From: an uncultured bacterium
GTDB taxonomy: Bacteria > Babelota > Babeliae > Babelales > Babelaceae
DNA: 64,000 nt
NCBI GenBank assembly: GCA_963713855.1
Contig: OY970209.1
Span: 1,152,001-1,216,000 of the forward strand
Reading direction: 5' to 3'
Shown: in pieces, positions 39,467 to 49,601 of the stretch
Layout of the letters: every line of letters starts with the position of its first letter
How positions within the stretch are numbered: position 1 is the stretch's first letter
The notes under the pieces: generated by a model
The model's database searches: none
What the model was told of the DNA's origin: nothing
What the model saw: the letters and a program-made list of their open reading frames with translations, nothing else
Program-made: the position numbers and the translations under genes

Positions 39467-40783
39467 ATGAAAACTTTAAAATATCTACTATTGTGCTTTG
39501 GATTAGGTGCCTCCGTTTCAAGCTTTGCTGCATCTGAGATAATTGTGAGTCAACCCTCCGTTGAATCGAGGTATCTTGTTGGGGCTGAAGAAACTGAGTA
39601 CACCAAGGAATATGCAACAGCCGTTGCTCTTGATGCAATACGCCGTATCTTTATTGAGGGGATACAGCACTTGAGCAAAGATAAAAAATCGATACTGCGA
39701 GAAATTGAGCGAAAACAGGCTGCAGTTGAGTGTGGCTTTAAATACGCGCTTGAGCCAAACACTGGTGATAAGTGGAGTTCACATTACGTCGAGTGCGTAA
39801 AAAGCACTGGCCAGATCACCGGAGATCTGAATGCAGATGAAACCAAGGGAATGGGTATTCGTTGGCAGATACTAAGCGACAAGGACAAAGAAATAAAAGA
39901 TACGAAGTATTACAAAAAAAGCGATCAGTCCTGCTACATCAAAGATGTTTGCTACTACCCGGGGCCTCTTGCGGTGTTACATTGGGCAATGAAAAATGTA
40001 GGAAAAGTGGCAGTCGATTCGCCTTCATGTGAAAATTCAACCTTCCTCAAGAATATCGAAGAAATACTTGAAATGATTGAAGCACGTAAAGAGATAGGCC
40101 ACAAAGCTTATATACCGGAAATGGATAAGAGGTTTAAGGCTCTTCAGTCTATTGTTGATACCTGTGCTAAGTCAAAAGTTAACCAAAACGTGGACATTGA
40201 TAACCTCATAAATCAACGTTTGAATGACGATGGTGCTAGTAAGCTAGGTCAGGTTGCTTTTGAAGAAGTAAATCGCGCTTATGGCTCAAAACAGATGTCG
40301 GAGCAAAAGACCAAAGCGTTAGCCCTATTTGTTTTAGAAAACCCTCAAATCATCAAGCTCTTACAAAAAAATGAGGGAGATTTAATTAACTCCATTGATG
40401 AGATGCTTGAAGCTTATGAGCTTATTCTTGCAAAATACGTTGAGCTAAATTCTACAGAAAAAACTACCATACGACTATCTGAAAAGATTAAGTTGGCTAT
40501 GGCAACACTCTTCAATTATTACATGAATGATATGCATAGCTTTTCTCAGAAAAAGGTTGAGGCTGATCCATTAAAAAATGCATTTAAAATGGGCCGCGTT
40601 CTTGGATCAAATGCTCGTACTGCGGAATATAACCCGGAGCAACGTGCTTCCGAGCGTCAGAAAGAGCAAGAAAATCGTACTGCGGAGTTTCACGCATACA
40701 GAAAACAAACAGCACCGCAATTGACTGCGGGAGAGAGCCCAAAACAAACTCTCAAAACTGAAGGCACAAAAATAGTAAACTAG
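39467..40783 (+). CDS. Exported helical hypothetical protein
   Basis: Signal peptide; shares P(L/M)AxL..A...GKxA, EK(I/V)K(L/M)xxAT and PLxNxF motifs with the previous gene. Confidence 0.75.
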   Translation: MKTLKYLLLCFGLGASVSSFAASEIIVSQPSVESRYLVGAEETEYTKEYATAVALDAIRRIFIEGIQHLSKDKKSILREIERKQAAVECGFKYALEPNTGDKWSSHYVECVKSTGQITGDLNADETKGMGIRWQILSDKDKEIKDTKYYKKSDQSCYIKDVCYYPGPLAVLHWAMKNVGKVAVDSPSCENSTFLKNIEEILEMIEARKEIGHKAYIPEMDKRFKALQSIVDTCAKSKVNQNVDIDNLINQRLNDDGASKLGQVAFEEVNRAYGSKQMSEQKTKALALFVLENPQIIKLLQKNEGDLINSIDEMLEAYELILAKYVELNSTEKTTIRLSEKIKLAMATLFNYYMNDMHSFSQKKVEADPLKNAFKMGRVLGSNARTAEYNPEQRASERQKEQENRTAEFHAYRKQTAPQLTAGESPKQTLKTEGTKIVN

Positions 40784-40791
40784 AGACATAC

Positions 40792-40827
40792 AAGAACAGA
40801 GGGACCGTTTTCAGTCCCTCTGTTCTT
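40792..40827. terminator. Hairpin terminator between convergent genes
   Basis: AAGAACAGAGGGAC-N8-GTCCCTCTGTTCTT perfect stem. Confidence 0.7.
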
Positions 40828-40835
40828 AAAAGCCT

Positions 40836-41927
40836 TTACTCTGTTGTTATTTGCACAAGCTTATGCACGAACAAAGAATAATTTTTATCCCCCGTTATTT
40901 TATATTTTTCTAAACCTAGATCGATAAGTCTGCCAGCTTCTCTATAATTCACGCGAATGAATTGCGTTGACGCGTCAAGAATAAGGTATGCTTCAGAAAA
41001 TCTTCCTCCTTCAAGAGCTTCATATAAGGCCGTTACCCCATTATGATCTTGTGCATTAACAAATGATGTTTCCGAGCTATTAATGACTTTTTGGCAAAAC
41101 ATTACGATGATTTTTTCGTTTTTTATCGTCGTTTCTAAAAGTGCTATCACATGTAATAATCGCACTTTTATTTCTTCGATGTTGGCGTATTTTAGAGCAG
41201 ATTCTAGAATCAACTTAATTTCACCAAAGCCGACAGCATATGCAATTCCTCTAAGTGTATGCCCAATATCGTCAAATGTTAGTGTATTTATTTGCCTAAG
41301 AAGTTCCAGAAGTCTTTCTATGCTCTCGCGATTATGTGGCGCAATTTCGAGAATCGAGACAGTAGCCTGAGCCAACTCGTGTTCTATCGTTTGAGGCGTA
41401 ATTTGTCCCTGAAGCATTCTGCTGCATATATCAAGTATGAGGTGTCTGACTTGTGCGTTAACTGCTGGGTTATCGGCTATCATTGATGCGCGCATGACCA
41501 TTTCGCTTAGCCGAAACTCAAAACCTTGAGCAATATGAATGAGCGCATCGCGTATCTCACCGTTACTTGCACCAAGAATAGCCGATAGATGGAGTGGTGT
41601 TCTTCTTATATTGGCATCTTGAATTATGGGCACCCCACTTCTTAAAAAATAATCAACAGTGCTAGGAAGGCCTCTGTATACAGCAAAATCTAAAGGCGGA
41701 AGACCACGAGACACACCTTGCAAATGGGCACGTTCATCTATAAGAAAGCCCGCCTCTACAACATCTTCCCCTGCTATAGCCGCTAAGAGCCTGTCGTAAT
41801 TAGCCCGATGGCTAACTGGAGGGCTATCAGGTAGAGGGTCATGCAGAAAAGCCCACTCCATCGGTCGATTGTGAGAAAAAGCAAGAAGAAAAGTGATTAT
41901 AACAAAATGCATTTTAAATATGTTCAT
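40836..41927 (-). CDS. Exported ankyrin-repeat protein with helical insert
   Basis: Probable start MNIFK (ORF open to 41981); signal then PMEWA; GLPPLDFAV, RTPLHLSA, GVTALYEAL. Confidence 0.8.
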   Translation of the reverse strand: MNIFKMHFVIITFLLAFSHNRPMEWAFLHDPLPDSPPVSHRANYDRLLAAIAGEDVVEAGFLIDERAHLQGVSRGLPPLDFAVYRGLPSTVDYFLRSGVPIIQDANIRRTPLHLSAILGASNGEIRDALIHIAQGFEFRLSEMVMRASMIADNPAVNAQVRHLILDICSRMLQGQITPQTIEHELAQATVSILEIAPHNRESIERLLELLRQINTLTFDDIGHTLRGIAYAVGFGEIKLILESALKYANIEEIKVRLLHVIALLETTIKNEKIIVMFCQKVINSSETSFVNAQDHNGVTALYEALEGGRFSEAYLILDASTQFIRVNYREAGRLIDLGLEKYKITGDKNYSLFVHKLVQITTE

Positions 41928-42033
41928 AATAGAACCCTTATTGTTTATGTGATACGATGGTTGCAAGGGTTTAGTATACATTTTTTAAAGCACGATTATT
42001 AAGCAACTTAATTTTAACGCATGGAGGCGTTTA

Positions 42034-42690
42034 ATGTTCATTAATGCATCAACCACAATACGTGTGCTATCTTTTGCGATGCTTCTAGGGGCATCTTCAT
42101 GCTTTTCTATGGAAGAGGGCGAAGAATCTTCGGAAAGGCTGACTGAAACAAGTAAATTGGTATCTGAAATGCTAGCAAGCACAGCTTTGGGTCGTCTACA
42201 GACTGCTCTAGGATACAGTTCGGCTTCGCGAGATCATGTCTTTTTTAGGCCAAATGTACAAAGAGCTCAAGACATCGTTCTTGAACTATTGCAAAATAAC
42301 CCTTCCGAAGAATTACTTAATACAATACTCCCCTATTTAGCTCAAGTTGTAGAACGTTACGATGATGATATCGGTAGCATACACTGGCGGGAGTTATTCA
42401 TTGCTCTTGCTGCATCGGTTAGTTTGAGTGAAACGTCCATCGGTTTTTTGGTTGTATTGTTTATAATTAGTATATGGGTTAAACATGCAGCATTATCGCC
42501 TAATCATTTAACCAAAGGAAACCTTACATTACTTAGATCTTTAATGGTTGATATAGTGCAGTATATGAAAATTAACCAAATGGAACCAAATCGCTACGCA
42601 CTGAAAGTACTTAACCCAGAAATGGTAATTTCTAATTTGCTCAGCAGTATTAGCAACAATGCCGAAGACAAGGGTGAAAAAAAAGAATAA
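42034..42690 (+). CDS. Exported hypothetical protein with one hydrophobic segment
   Basis: GGAGG SD; signal then SMEEG. Confidence 0.7.
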   Translation: MFINASTTIRVLSFAMLLGASSCFSMEEGEESSERLTETSKLVSEMLASTALGRLQTALGYSSASRDHVFFRPNVQRAQDIVLELLQNNPSEELLNTILPYLAQVVERYDDDIGSIHWRELFIALAASVSLSETSIGFLVVLFIISIWVKHAALSPNHLTKGNLTLLRSLMVDIVQYMKINQMEPNRYALKVLNPEMVISNLLSSISNNAEDKGEKKE

Positions 42691-42703
42691 GGCCCTTTTA
42701 GCC

Positions 42704-43657
42704 ATGGTTTTTAAAAGGACCCATCATAGTGCAATGCTTCTTATCTTAATAGTAGTTTTGGCCTATTTTATAAAAAAGGTGAATGCAACAAAAGGTATGC
42801 TTTTTATCCCTGGTGGCACTTTCCTCATGGGATGCGGTGAGCAATCAATGATTGATGCTCAACCTTTTCATGAAGTAACGGTCGATAGCTTTTGGATAGA
42901 TGCTACAGAGGTAACTAACGAGCAGTTTGAGCGCTTTGTACGTGCAACTCATTATATAACTGAAGCGGAGCGCTCGGCGCCAGTACCTGGCTCTTTGGTT
43001 TTTGTGCCGACCGCTCATCCCGTCTCCTTTAACAATTGCTGCGCCTGGTGGAAGTATGTACCGGGCGCTTCATGGCGACACCCAGAAGGACCAAGTAGCA
43101 GTATTAAGGGGCGTGAAAAGCACCCCGTAGTACACGTTACATGGAATGACGCTGCTGCGTATGCTTCTTGGGCCGGTAAGCGTTTACCTACTGAAGCAGA
43201 ATTTGAATACGCGGCCCGGGGGGGGCTTAACAAAAAACGCTATAGTTGTGGAAATGGCCCTGTTGCTACGAACGGTAAATGGCTTTTTAATATTTGGCAG
43301 GGGATCTTTCCCTGCACAAATACTCTTGAAGACGGCTTTTACGCTACAGCTCCTGTTGGCTCTTTTCCAGCCAATGGCTTCGGCCTTTACGATATGACGG
43401 GAAATGTGTGGGAATGGTGTCAAGATTGGTACCACGCTCGGTATTATAAAATGCATAGCGAAAAGCGTAATCCTAAAGGTCCCGAACAAAGCTTTGATCC
43501 AGAAGAGCCTAACTGCCCTAAAAAAGTGCAGAGGGGTGGTTCGTTTTTATGCAACGAGGTGTATTGCATACGCTATCTTGTTGGTGCTCGTGGCAAGGCA
43601 GACCCCAATACGAGTACCGTTCATTGCGGGTTTCGGTGTGCTAAATCTTTTTCTTAA
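42704..43657 (+). CDS. Formylglycine-generating enzyme (FGE/SUMF1 family)
   Basis: IPGGTFLMG, TEVTN, RLPTEAEFEYAARGG, NGFGLYDMTGNVWEW, RGGSFLCNEVYC; start uncertain (42659-42734). Confidence 0.92.
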   Translation: MVFKRTHHSAMLLILIVVLAYFIKKVNATKGMLFIPGGTFLMGCGEQSMIDAQPFHEVTVDSFWIDATEVTNEQFERFVRATHYITEAERSAPVPGSLVFVPTAHPVSFNNCCAWWKYVPGASWRHPEGPSSSIKGREKHPVVHVTWNDAAAYASWAGKRLPTEAEFEYAARGGLNKKRYSCGNGPVATNGKWLFNIWQGIFPCTNTLEDGFYATAPVGSFPANGFGLYDMTGNVWEWCQDWYHARYYKMHSEKRNPKGPEQSFDPEEPNCPKKVQRGGSFLCNEVYCIRYLVGARGKADPNTSTVHCGFRCAKSFS

Positions 43658-43710
43658 ATTTTCACCGCGCGACTTATTATACTAAACATGTCTTTAGTAA
43701 AGGAGCCGCG

Positions 43711-45336
43711 TTGATGAAGTGCCAGTTAGCCCTTATATTTCTTATTTGTATTGCAGAAAGCACCTTAAAGCCTCAGCATAAGTCGACATTTGAAAGTGAC
43801 TTACAAACGCAACCAATTAACGAAGACCCCATTGTTGCAAAGACGGTCCAATTTTCTGAAAACCGAGAACCAGCCATCGTTCACGATGCCCAAAACGCAA
43901 AAGCTCAAGCAAAGCTTGATTCTTTACGAAAAAAAACTGGTAAAAAGCCTAATATCCTTATTTTTCTTATGGACGATGTTGGCTGGGGAGATCTTGGTGC
44001 TTTTGGTGGAGGCATTGCCGTCGGTTCACCGACACCTACCATGGACCGTCTTGCGCGTGAGGGATTAAAGCTTACATCAACCTACTCACAGCCCACATGT
44101 ACTCCTTCTCGTGCAACAATTATGACTGGAAGACTTCCAATGCGGACAGGGCTTTTACGCCCTCCCATGTACAGCGAAAAAGGGGGGCTTGAAGGTGAAA
44201 TTACAACCGCTCAGCTTTTACAAAAAGCTGGGTATGTTACCCAAGCTGTCGGAAAGTGGCACATGGGGGAAAATGAAGCATCGCAGCCTCAAAATGTTGG
44301 ATTTGACGACTTTTTTGGTTTTCTTGGCGTATCTGACATGTATACAGAATGGAGAGACCCGTACTTTTACCCTGAAATTGTAAACAGTAAAGAACGTACA
44401 GCCATGGTAGAAAAGGCCGACTTTAATAAATATCTTGTTCATGGGCGAAAGAACAGTAAGCTCGAAAATATCAAAGAGATTACCATACCCATCTTATCTG
44501 AGCTTGATGAAATGTGGGCGGACTATTCTGTACGTTTTATTAAAGAAATGGCTAAAAGTGAAAAACCGTTTTTCTTATACCACTGTACACGAGCTGGCCA
44601 CTTTGACAATTACCCAAATGCTCGATGGAAAGGTCGTTCTCCGGCAAAGCACCCCTACAAAGATTGCTTCGTTGAGGTAGATGATATTTTAAGACGAATT
44701 ATTCAGACGTTAAAAGAAACAGGACAGCTTGAAAACACCTTTATATTCGTCACATCTGACAACGGTCCAGAGATGGAGCTTTGGCCGGATAGCGGATATA
44801 CGCCTTTTAGAAGCGCAAAAGGTGCTACGTGGGAAGGGGGGCAGCGCGTGCCGGGCATTGCTTATTGGAAAGACATGATTACTGAAGGCCGAGAATCGGA
44901 TGGTGTTTTTGATCAAGCCGATCTTTTTGCCACAATCCTTACACTGTGCAACGCAAAGGACCTAATACCACGTGATCGCTATATTGATAGCATAGATCAG
45001 ACCTCTTTCCTTCTTGCAGATAACGGATTCTCAAACAGAAAGTTTGTTTACTATTGGCTACAGGACGACTTTTCCGCGGTGCGCTGTGGTGAATTTAAAT
45101 ACTATCGCTCCGCAACCACACCAGATTATCGCGATACTCACAATGTTGGAGGTCTTTCAGGAGCGCATACAAAATATAATTATGGAAAGTTTTTTAACCT
45201 CTACTTAGATCCAAAAGAAGAGCATAGCTATCTTATACGAAAGCTCGTTTATTCAGATATTTTCTTCTCAGCTATGGATAAGCACAAAGAAACATTCGTG
45301 AAATATCCTCCCAAAAAACTCGTAAGCATTCCATAA
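43711..45336 (+). CDS. aslA: Arylsulfatase, AslA-like, Cys-type
   Basis: KPNILIFLMDDVGW, CTPSRATIMTG, GKWHMGE, TSDNG; N-terminal signal; closely resembles E. coli AslA as I recall it. Confidence 0.9.
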   Translation: MMKCQLALIFLICIAESTLKPQHKSTFESDLQTQPINEDPIVAKTVQFSENREPAIVHDAQNAKAQAKLDSLRKKTGKKPNILIFLMDDVGWGDLGAFGGGIAVGSPTPTMDRLAREGLKLTSTYSQPTCTPSRATIMTGRLPMRTGLLRPPMYSEKGGLEGEITTAQLLQKAGYVTQAVGKWHMGENEASQPQNVGFDDFFGFLGVSDMYTEWRDPYFYPEIVNSKERTAMVEKADFNKYLVHGRKNSKLENIKEITIPILSELDEMWADYSVRFIKEMAKSEKPFFLYHCTRAGHFDNYPNARWKGRSPAKHPYKDCFVEVDDILRRIIQTLKETGQLENTFIFVTSDNGPEMELWPDSGYTPFRSAKGATWEGGQRVPGIAYWKDMITEGRESDGVFDQADLFATILTLCNAKDLIPRDRYIDSIDQTSFLLADNGFSNRKFVYYWLQDDFSAVRCGEFKYYRSATTPDYRDTHNVGGLSGAHTKYNYGKFFNLYLDPKEEHSYLIRKLVYSDIFFSAMDKHKETFVKYPPKKLVSIP

Positions 45337-45461
45337 AATGCGCAAGCACTTTGGCAATTGTTCGAAACTAGGTAGATCCAAAGAGCAATCGGCGCCACGC
45401 GGCGAGCGCAAGGGCAGACGCCCTTGACCCACACCCTTATTAAACTTTTTACGTAGATTTA

Positions 45462-45533
45462 ATATACCAGAAAGGGGTTCCCTTTCTGGTATATGTGCTA
45501 ATGAGATAGACCGGAAAATCCGGTCTATCTCAT
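45462..45533. repeat. Two adjacent perfect 15-bp hairpins
   Basis: ATATACCAGAAAGGG-GTT-CCCTTTCTGGTATAT and ATGAGATAGACCGGA-AAA-TCCGGTCTATCTCAT, 6 nt apart. Confidence 0.8.
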
Positions 45534-45758
45534 ACACAATAAATATGTAACATGCAAAACAAGCAACAGGTGCAGGAACCATACCATGCCAAGTAAGGCA
45601 TGATTGGTCCGTAACAGCCCTGGCAGAGGGCGATTAGTGGAGGGTCCTGCCGCGCGCCGCGTAGGCGTATCTCTATCTCACGCTTATTTGGGCAGAACCT
45701 AATCTGAATTACTACCTCTTTGCAAACAAATTCATTAAGGCATTACGTCATTTTTTTC

Positions 45759-46952
45759 TTAAGTCATACCATGCGGATCTATAAGGAATTTATAAGGCGC
45801 CCCCGCATTAAATTTTTCGTAAGCTTCGGGGGCCTCATCTAAAGAGATAACTTGTACATTAAGCTCTTTTGCAATAGCACATTTATTGTGCATGATATCT
45901 TCCATAAGCTTCCTGTTATACCTCATGACAGGAGTCTGTCCCATAGTAAGCGTAATTCCTTTGTGCCAGCATGAACCAAAGTGCAGATCCAAAATGCCTT
46001 GTTTTTCTTTTTCTGTTTTGCCGCCCATATCGTGAGCCGTATAAAGACCGGGAATACCTAAAGACCCTCCAGATTTTGTAACCTGCATAGCCGCATTTAC
46101 TATGACTGAAGGCTCATTCTCATGCAATGCTGCGCCGTACCCGACTGCCTCAAAACCCACACAATCAATAAAACAATCAACTTCGGGACTGCCTATGATC
46201 TTCTTAACGTGGTCAGCAAAATCCGTAAGGTCCTTTACTTTTGACAAATCTATAGTTTCATGCCCATGTTCTCGCGCGTTTTTGAGGCGCTCTCTGTTTA
46301 CATCTCCCACTATGACAACTGCCGCTCCAAGCAGCGTGCATGAAAGTGCGCAAGAAAGCCCCACCGGTCCTGCACCGGCTATATACACTTTCGAACCAAT
46401 TTCAACATTCGCCCTAAAAGCAGCATGATAGCCCGTTGGAAAAACGTCGGTAATAAGCGCTAAATCTTTCAATTTAGACTTTGATTCTTTAAGCGGGGGT
46501 AATTTTAACAGGTTAAAATCGGCGTAAGGAATAACGACGTATTCAGCCTGTCCACCTTGCCAATTTCCCATACGTGTGTACCCATAGGCGGCACCGGGTC
46601 CTGCGGGATTAACATGTAAGCAGATATTCGTTTTTTGCTCTTTACAGTTTTTACAGCGGCCGCAAGCAACATTAAAAGGCACTGATACAATATCATCCTC
46701 TTTTATAAACTCGACATCGCGCCCACATTCAATAACTTGGCCGGTGATTTCATGCCCCAAAGTCATACCTTCAGGAAGACTGAGCCTTCCGCGATACATA
46801 TGAAGATCGCTGCCGCAGATGCCGCTTAGAATGACTTTTAAAACAACAGCATGCTCCATCTTCTTACCATCGCGTATAAGCCCAGGATATTCCTTATCGC
46901 GTACCTCGACGTGACCTGGCTTTACGAACACAAGTGATCTATTGCGCTTCAT
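45759..46952 (-). CDS. fdhA: Glutathione-independent formaldehyde dehydrogenase (Zn-MDR family)
   Basis: ICGSDLHMYRGR, LGHEITG, VPFNVACGRCKNCKE..C, GGQAEY, GAGPVG, GQTPVMRYNR, KFLIDPH. Confidence 0.9.
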   Translation of the reverse strand: MKRNRSLVFVKPGHVEVRDKEYPGLIRDGKKMEHAVVLKVILSGICGSDLHMYRGRLSLPEGMTLGHEITGQVIECGRDVEFIKEDDIVSVPFNVACGRCKNCKEQKTNICLHVNPAGPGAAYGYTRMGNWQGGQAEYVVIPYADFNLLKLPPLKESKSKLKDLALITDVFPTGYHAAFRANVEIGSKVYIAGAGPVGLSCALSCTLLGAAVVIVGDVNRERLKNAREHGHETIDLSKVKDLTDFADHVKKIIGSPEVDCFIDCVGFEAVGYGAALHENEPSVIVNAAMQVTKSGGSLGIPGLYTAHDMGGKTEKEKQGILDLHFGSCWHKGITLTMGQTPVMRYNRKLMEDIMHNKCAIAKELNVQVISLDEAPEAYEKFNAGAPYKFLIDPHGMT

Positions 46953-47002
46953 TACTGTTCCTTTGCCGAATAAAACCAATTTAAAAAAACTAGCATGCTG
47001 GC

Positions 47003-48070
47003 TTATAACATGTAAACTTCCTTGTGCGTGTTCAATCGAACGAGGCTTTGCGTGATGGATCCTTCATCAAAGTTTGGAAGAATAAGCTCCGAGATCATTT
47101 CTTCAAAAAGCTTATCTATATCCTCACTAGACACATCAATTGGTTGATCCTGGTGCAACAAATGCTTCTCGATGAGTTCTTTGATAACGTAGTAATTCAA
47201 TTGAATCTGTACGCTCAACAGGGGGTAATTACCTTCGCGGCCGCTGAGTATGCGATAGAATTCATTAAACATCAGTTCTGACAGTCGTTCACTCAAGGCA
47301 CTTAGCTCCTCGTCATAAGATTGTCTACTAAATGCTATAAGCCTTAACAAATAACTAAAAACGTCAAATCTGCCTTGAAAAGCAGACAGTGTACAAGCTC
47401 TTTTTATATATTCAAAAAGGGAGATGACGAGTTTATGTAAAGCGATGGCTTTACCCATGCTAGCTGACGGCGTTTGATGATTATTTAGGTACCGCATACA
47501 AAGAGCTACAATACTTTTGATTGCTGAAAGATGGCCTGCTGCAGCTGCTCTTACAAGCCCTTCACCTAAAACGTGAAGTAGATGCTCTTCGTTATCATAG
47601 TTACGCAAAAAGATCAATTGCCCAGCGTTTTGAAGAAGGCTAGTTAAACCCTGGCCCGCCGACATACGAAAGACCCGTTCTAATTCCTCATTTGGTAGAT
47701 CTTTGTGACAGTCAAGCAAAGAAAGTATAGCCTTTTCTTCTTTATGCATCGCAATAAGACGTAATAGTCTATTTGGCATGATGTATGTTTTTTTAGCTTT
47801 CCTTAAAAATCTTATCCCATATTCACTGAATAGTGGAGCAAAACGGTGGTTTTCTTCTCGAGAAAAAGAGGTTGTAACACGTTCTATAAAATAACCACTG
47901 TCTACTTCATAGCCATCTTGCAAAAGCGCTTCAAGCCTTTTGGCGTTAAATGAGTCATTAAAAATAGATTCTGTATGAACGTAAATTGACTTAATATCAA
48001 TTCCAGGATATTGCATAGCACGTGCTACTGAAAAAGTAAGAAGCCCAATAAGTATAATAGGTGGTTTCAT
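47003..48070 (-). CDS. Exported ankyrin-like protein
   Basis: Signal then AMQYP; SAGQG, AAAAGHLSAI and SAFQGRFDV degenerate repeats as in 11174 and 12662. Confidence 0.72.
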   Translation of the reverse strand: MKPPIILIGLLTFSVARAMQYPGIDIKSIYVHTESIFNDSFNAKRLEALLQDGYEVDSGYFIERVTTSFSREENHRFAPLFSEYGIRFLRKAKKTYIMPNRLLRLIAMHKEEKAILSLLDCHKDLPNEELERVFRMSAGQGLTSLLQNAGQLIFLRNYDNEEHLLHVLGEGLVRAAAAGHLSAIKSIVALCMRYLNNHQTPSASMGKAIALHKLVISLFEYIKRACTLSAFQGRFDVFSYLLRLIAFSRQSYDEELSALSERLSELMFNEFYRILSGREGNYPLLSVQIQLNYYVIKELIEKHLLHQDQPIDVSSEDIDKLFEEMISELILPNFDEGSITQSLVRLNTHKEVYML

Positions 48071-48293
48071 AGTTGTCTTGCCTTGAAGTAGAATTATACC
48101 AGCTCGTTAAATATTTATTAATGTGAAAAAAATGAATGATAATGCTTATATTGTAGAGTATTTTTCTGATCAATGCTAATTCAAAATGGTCAATCATAGT
48201 GAAAAAAACCACTCACGCTACCCGATGTTCTATTTTTTTGCGCTTGGCCACAAGATCTGCTACTGTATACAAAAGTTTCTCAAGGAGCCTTGT

Positions 48294-49601
48294 ATGCAAA
48301 AAGTCATCTATGTAACTTTTTTAGTCAGTGCTATCGCTGCTTACGCTGTTGACGGCGAGCTTGACCCAAGTTTTGGCGATCAGGGTATAGTAACCGAAAC
48401 GTTTAACGATTTTAATAATAAAGTGCGTGGAATCGTCAGCGCTGCAACAGGAACTTTGTGTGCTCTTGGAGGTACTGTGCAGGACTCTGTTCCCGTCATG
48501 ACCATCGCATGCTATCAACAAAACGGAATGCCCGATACGACCTTTAACTCGCAAGGCTTTCTCATGACCACCTGTAGCGCTGCTGCATGCGACGGATACG
48601 GCATGACTCTTGATAATGAGCAAAAAATAATAGGTGTTGGTTCTGCCCAAACGCACGATGGCGCTAGCTCTTTTGCAGTCGTGCGTGTTTTGAACAACGG
48701 TACTCTTGATGCCACCTTTAACAAAAGCGGAAGCGTCATTACTCATTTTAATGGCGCTCAGGAAGTTGCGCATAAAGTTGCATCCGCGAATAATCGAATC
48801 TATGTAGCGGGAATAAGTGACGGTTCGCTAGCTATTGCCTGTTACACGTTAGACGGTGCATTAGATACCTCATTTTGCGGTCAGGGTACCATTCTCCAGC
48901 ATTTTTCTTACGAAGTCCATTCAGTAAGCGGCATAATTGTCCAAGCAGATGGTAAAATCGTTGTGGGAGGCACGTTCACCAATCCCGAAAAATTCTTTAT
49001 CATTCGATATACTCAAGAAGGGGCGATTGATACTTCTTTTAATAAGTCTAATGTCCCTGGTATTTTAATAAGCTCTTTTGGGGGCTCAAGCGATTCGATG
49101 GGCGCACTCATTATGCAGCAGGACCTAAAATACATCGTTGGTGGAAGCACGAATGCACAAAGTCAGAGCGCGTCTTTAGCCGTAGCGCGCTTTCTTAATA
49201 ATGGTTCTCTCGATACCTCTTTTAACTGCCACGGCCCAAACCCCGGTATTACCGTCACCCCCATTAACCACGCGGCAGGGCAAGTAAAAGCGCTAACGTT
49301 GGAAATTGACGGCAAAATCGTTGCAGCGGGCGTCGTCCTTCAAACTCACGAGATTGTAAGCGCCATCGCGCGCTATGAAAGCACCGGAGAGCTTGATACC
49401 TCTTTTAACGCTGGTAGTCAATTTCCCGGTATCTTTTTGCTTGAAAATTCGCAGCATTCTAAAACGCCTTTTTCCTCCACAGAAGCAGCGGCTCTTACTC
49501 TGCAGGAAGGTCAGAAAATCGTCGTTGCGGGAGATGCCACGCTCAACGAAGCTACAGCTTTCATGCTACTAAGGCTCCAGACTAATGGAACAAACACTTA
49601 A
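48294..49601 (+). CDS. Delta-60 repeat (DUF5122-like) beta-propeller protein
   Basis: AAGGAG SD before ATG 48294; repeats of GxLDTSFN...G and QADGKIVVGG. Confidence 0.88.
   Translation: MQKVIYVTFLVSAIAAYAVDGELDPSFGDQGIVTETFNDFNNKVRGIVSAATGTLCALGGTVQDSVPVMTIACYQQNGMPDTTFNSQGFLMTTCSAAACDGYGMTLDNEQKIIGVGSAQTHDGASSFAVVRVLNNGTLDATFNKSGSVITHFNGAQEVAHKVASANNRIYVAGISDGSLAIACYTLDGALDTSFCGQGTILQHFSYEVHSVSGIIVQADGKIVVGGTFTNPEKFFIIRYTQEGAIDTSFNKSNVPGILISSFGGSSDSMGALIMQQDLKYIVGGSTNAQSQSASLAVARFLNNGSLDTSFNCHGPNPGITVTPINHAAGQVKALTLEIDGKIVAAGVVLQTHEIVSAIARYESTGELDTSFNAGSQFPGIFLLENSQHSKTPFSSTEAAALTLQEGQKIVVAGDATLNEATAFMLLRLQTNGTNT

Noticed and set aside
45550..45720. Known ncRNA (SRP, RNase P, tmRNA, tRNA)
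   Set aside because: No signature motifs recognised by eye; kept only as an unexplained structured region
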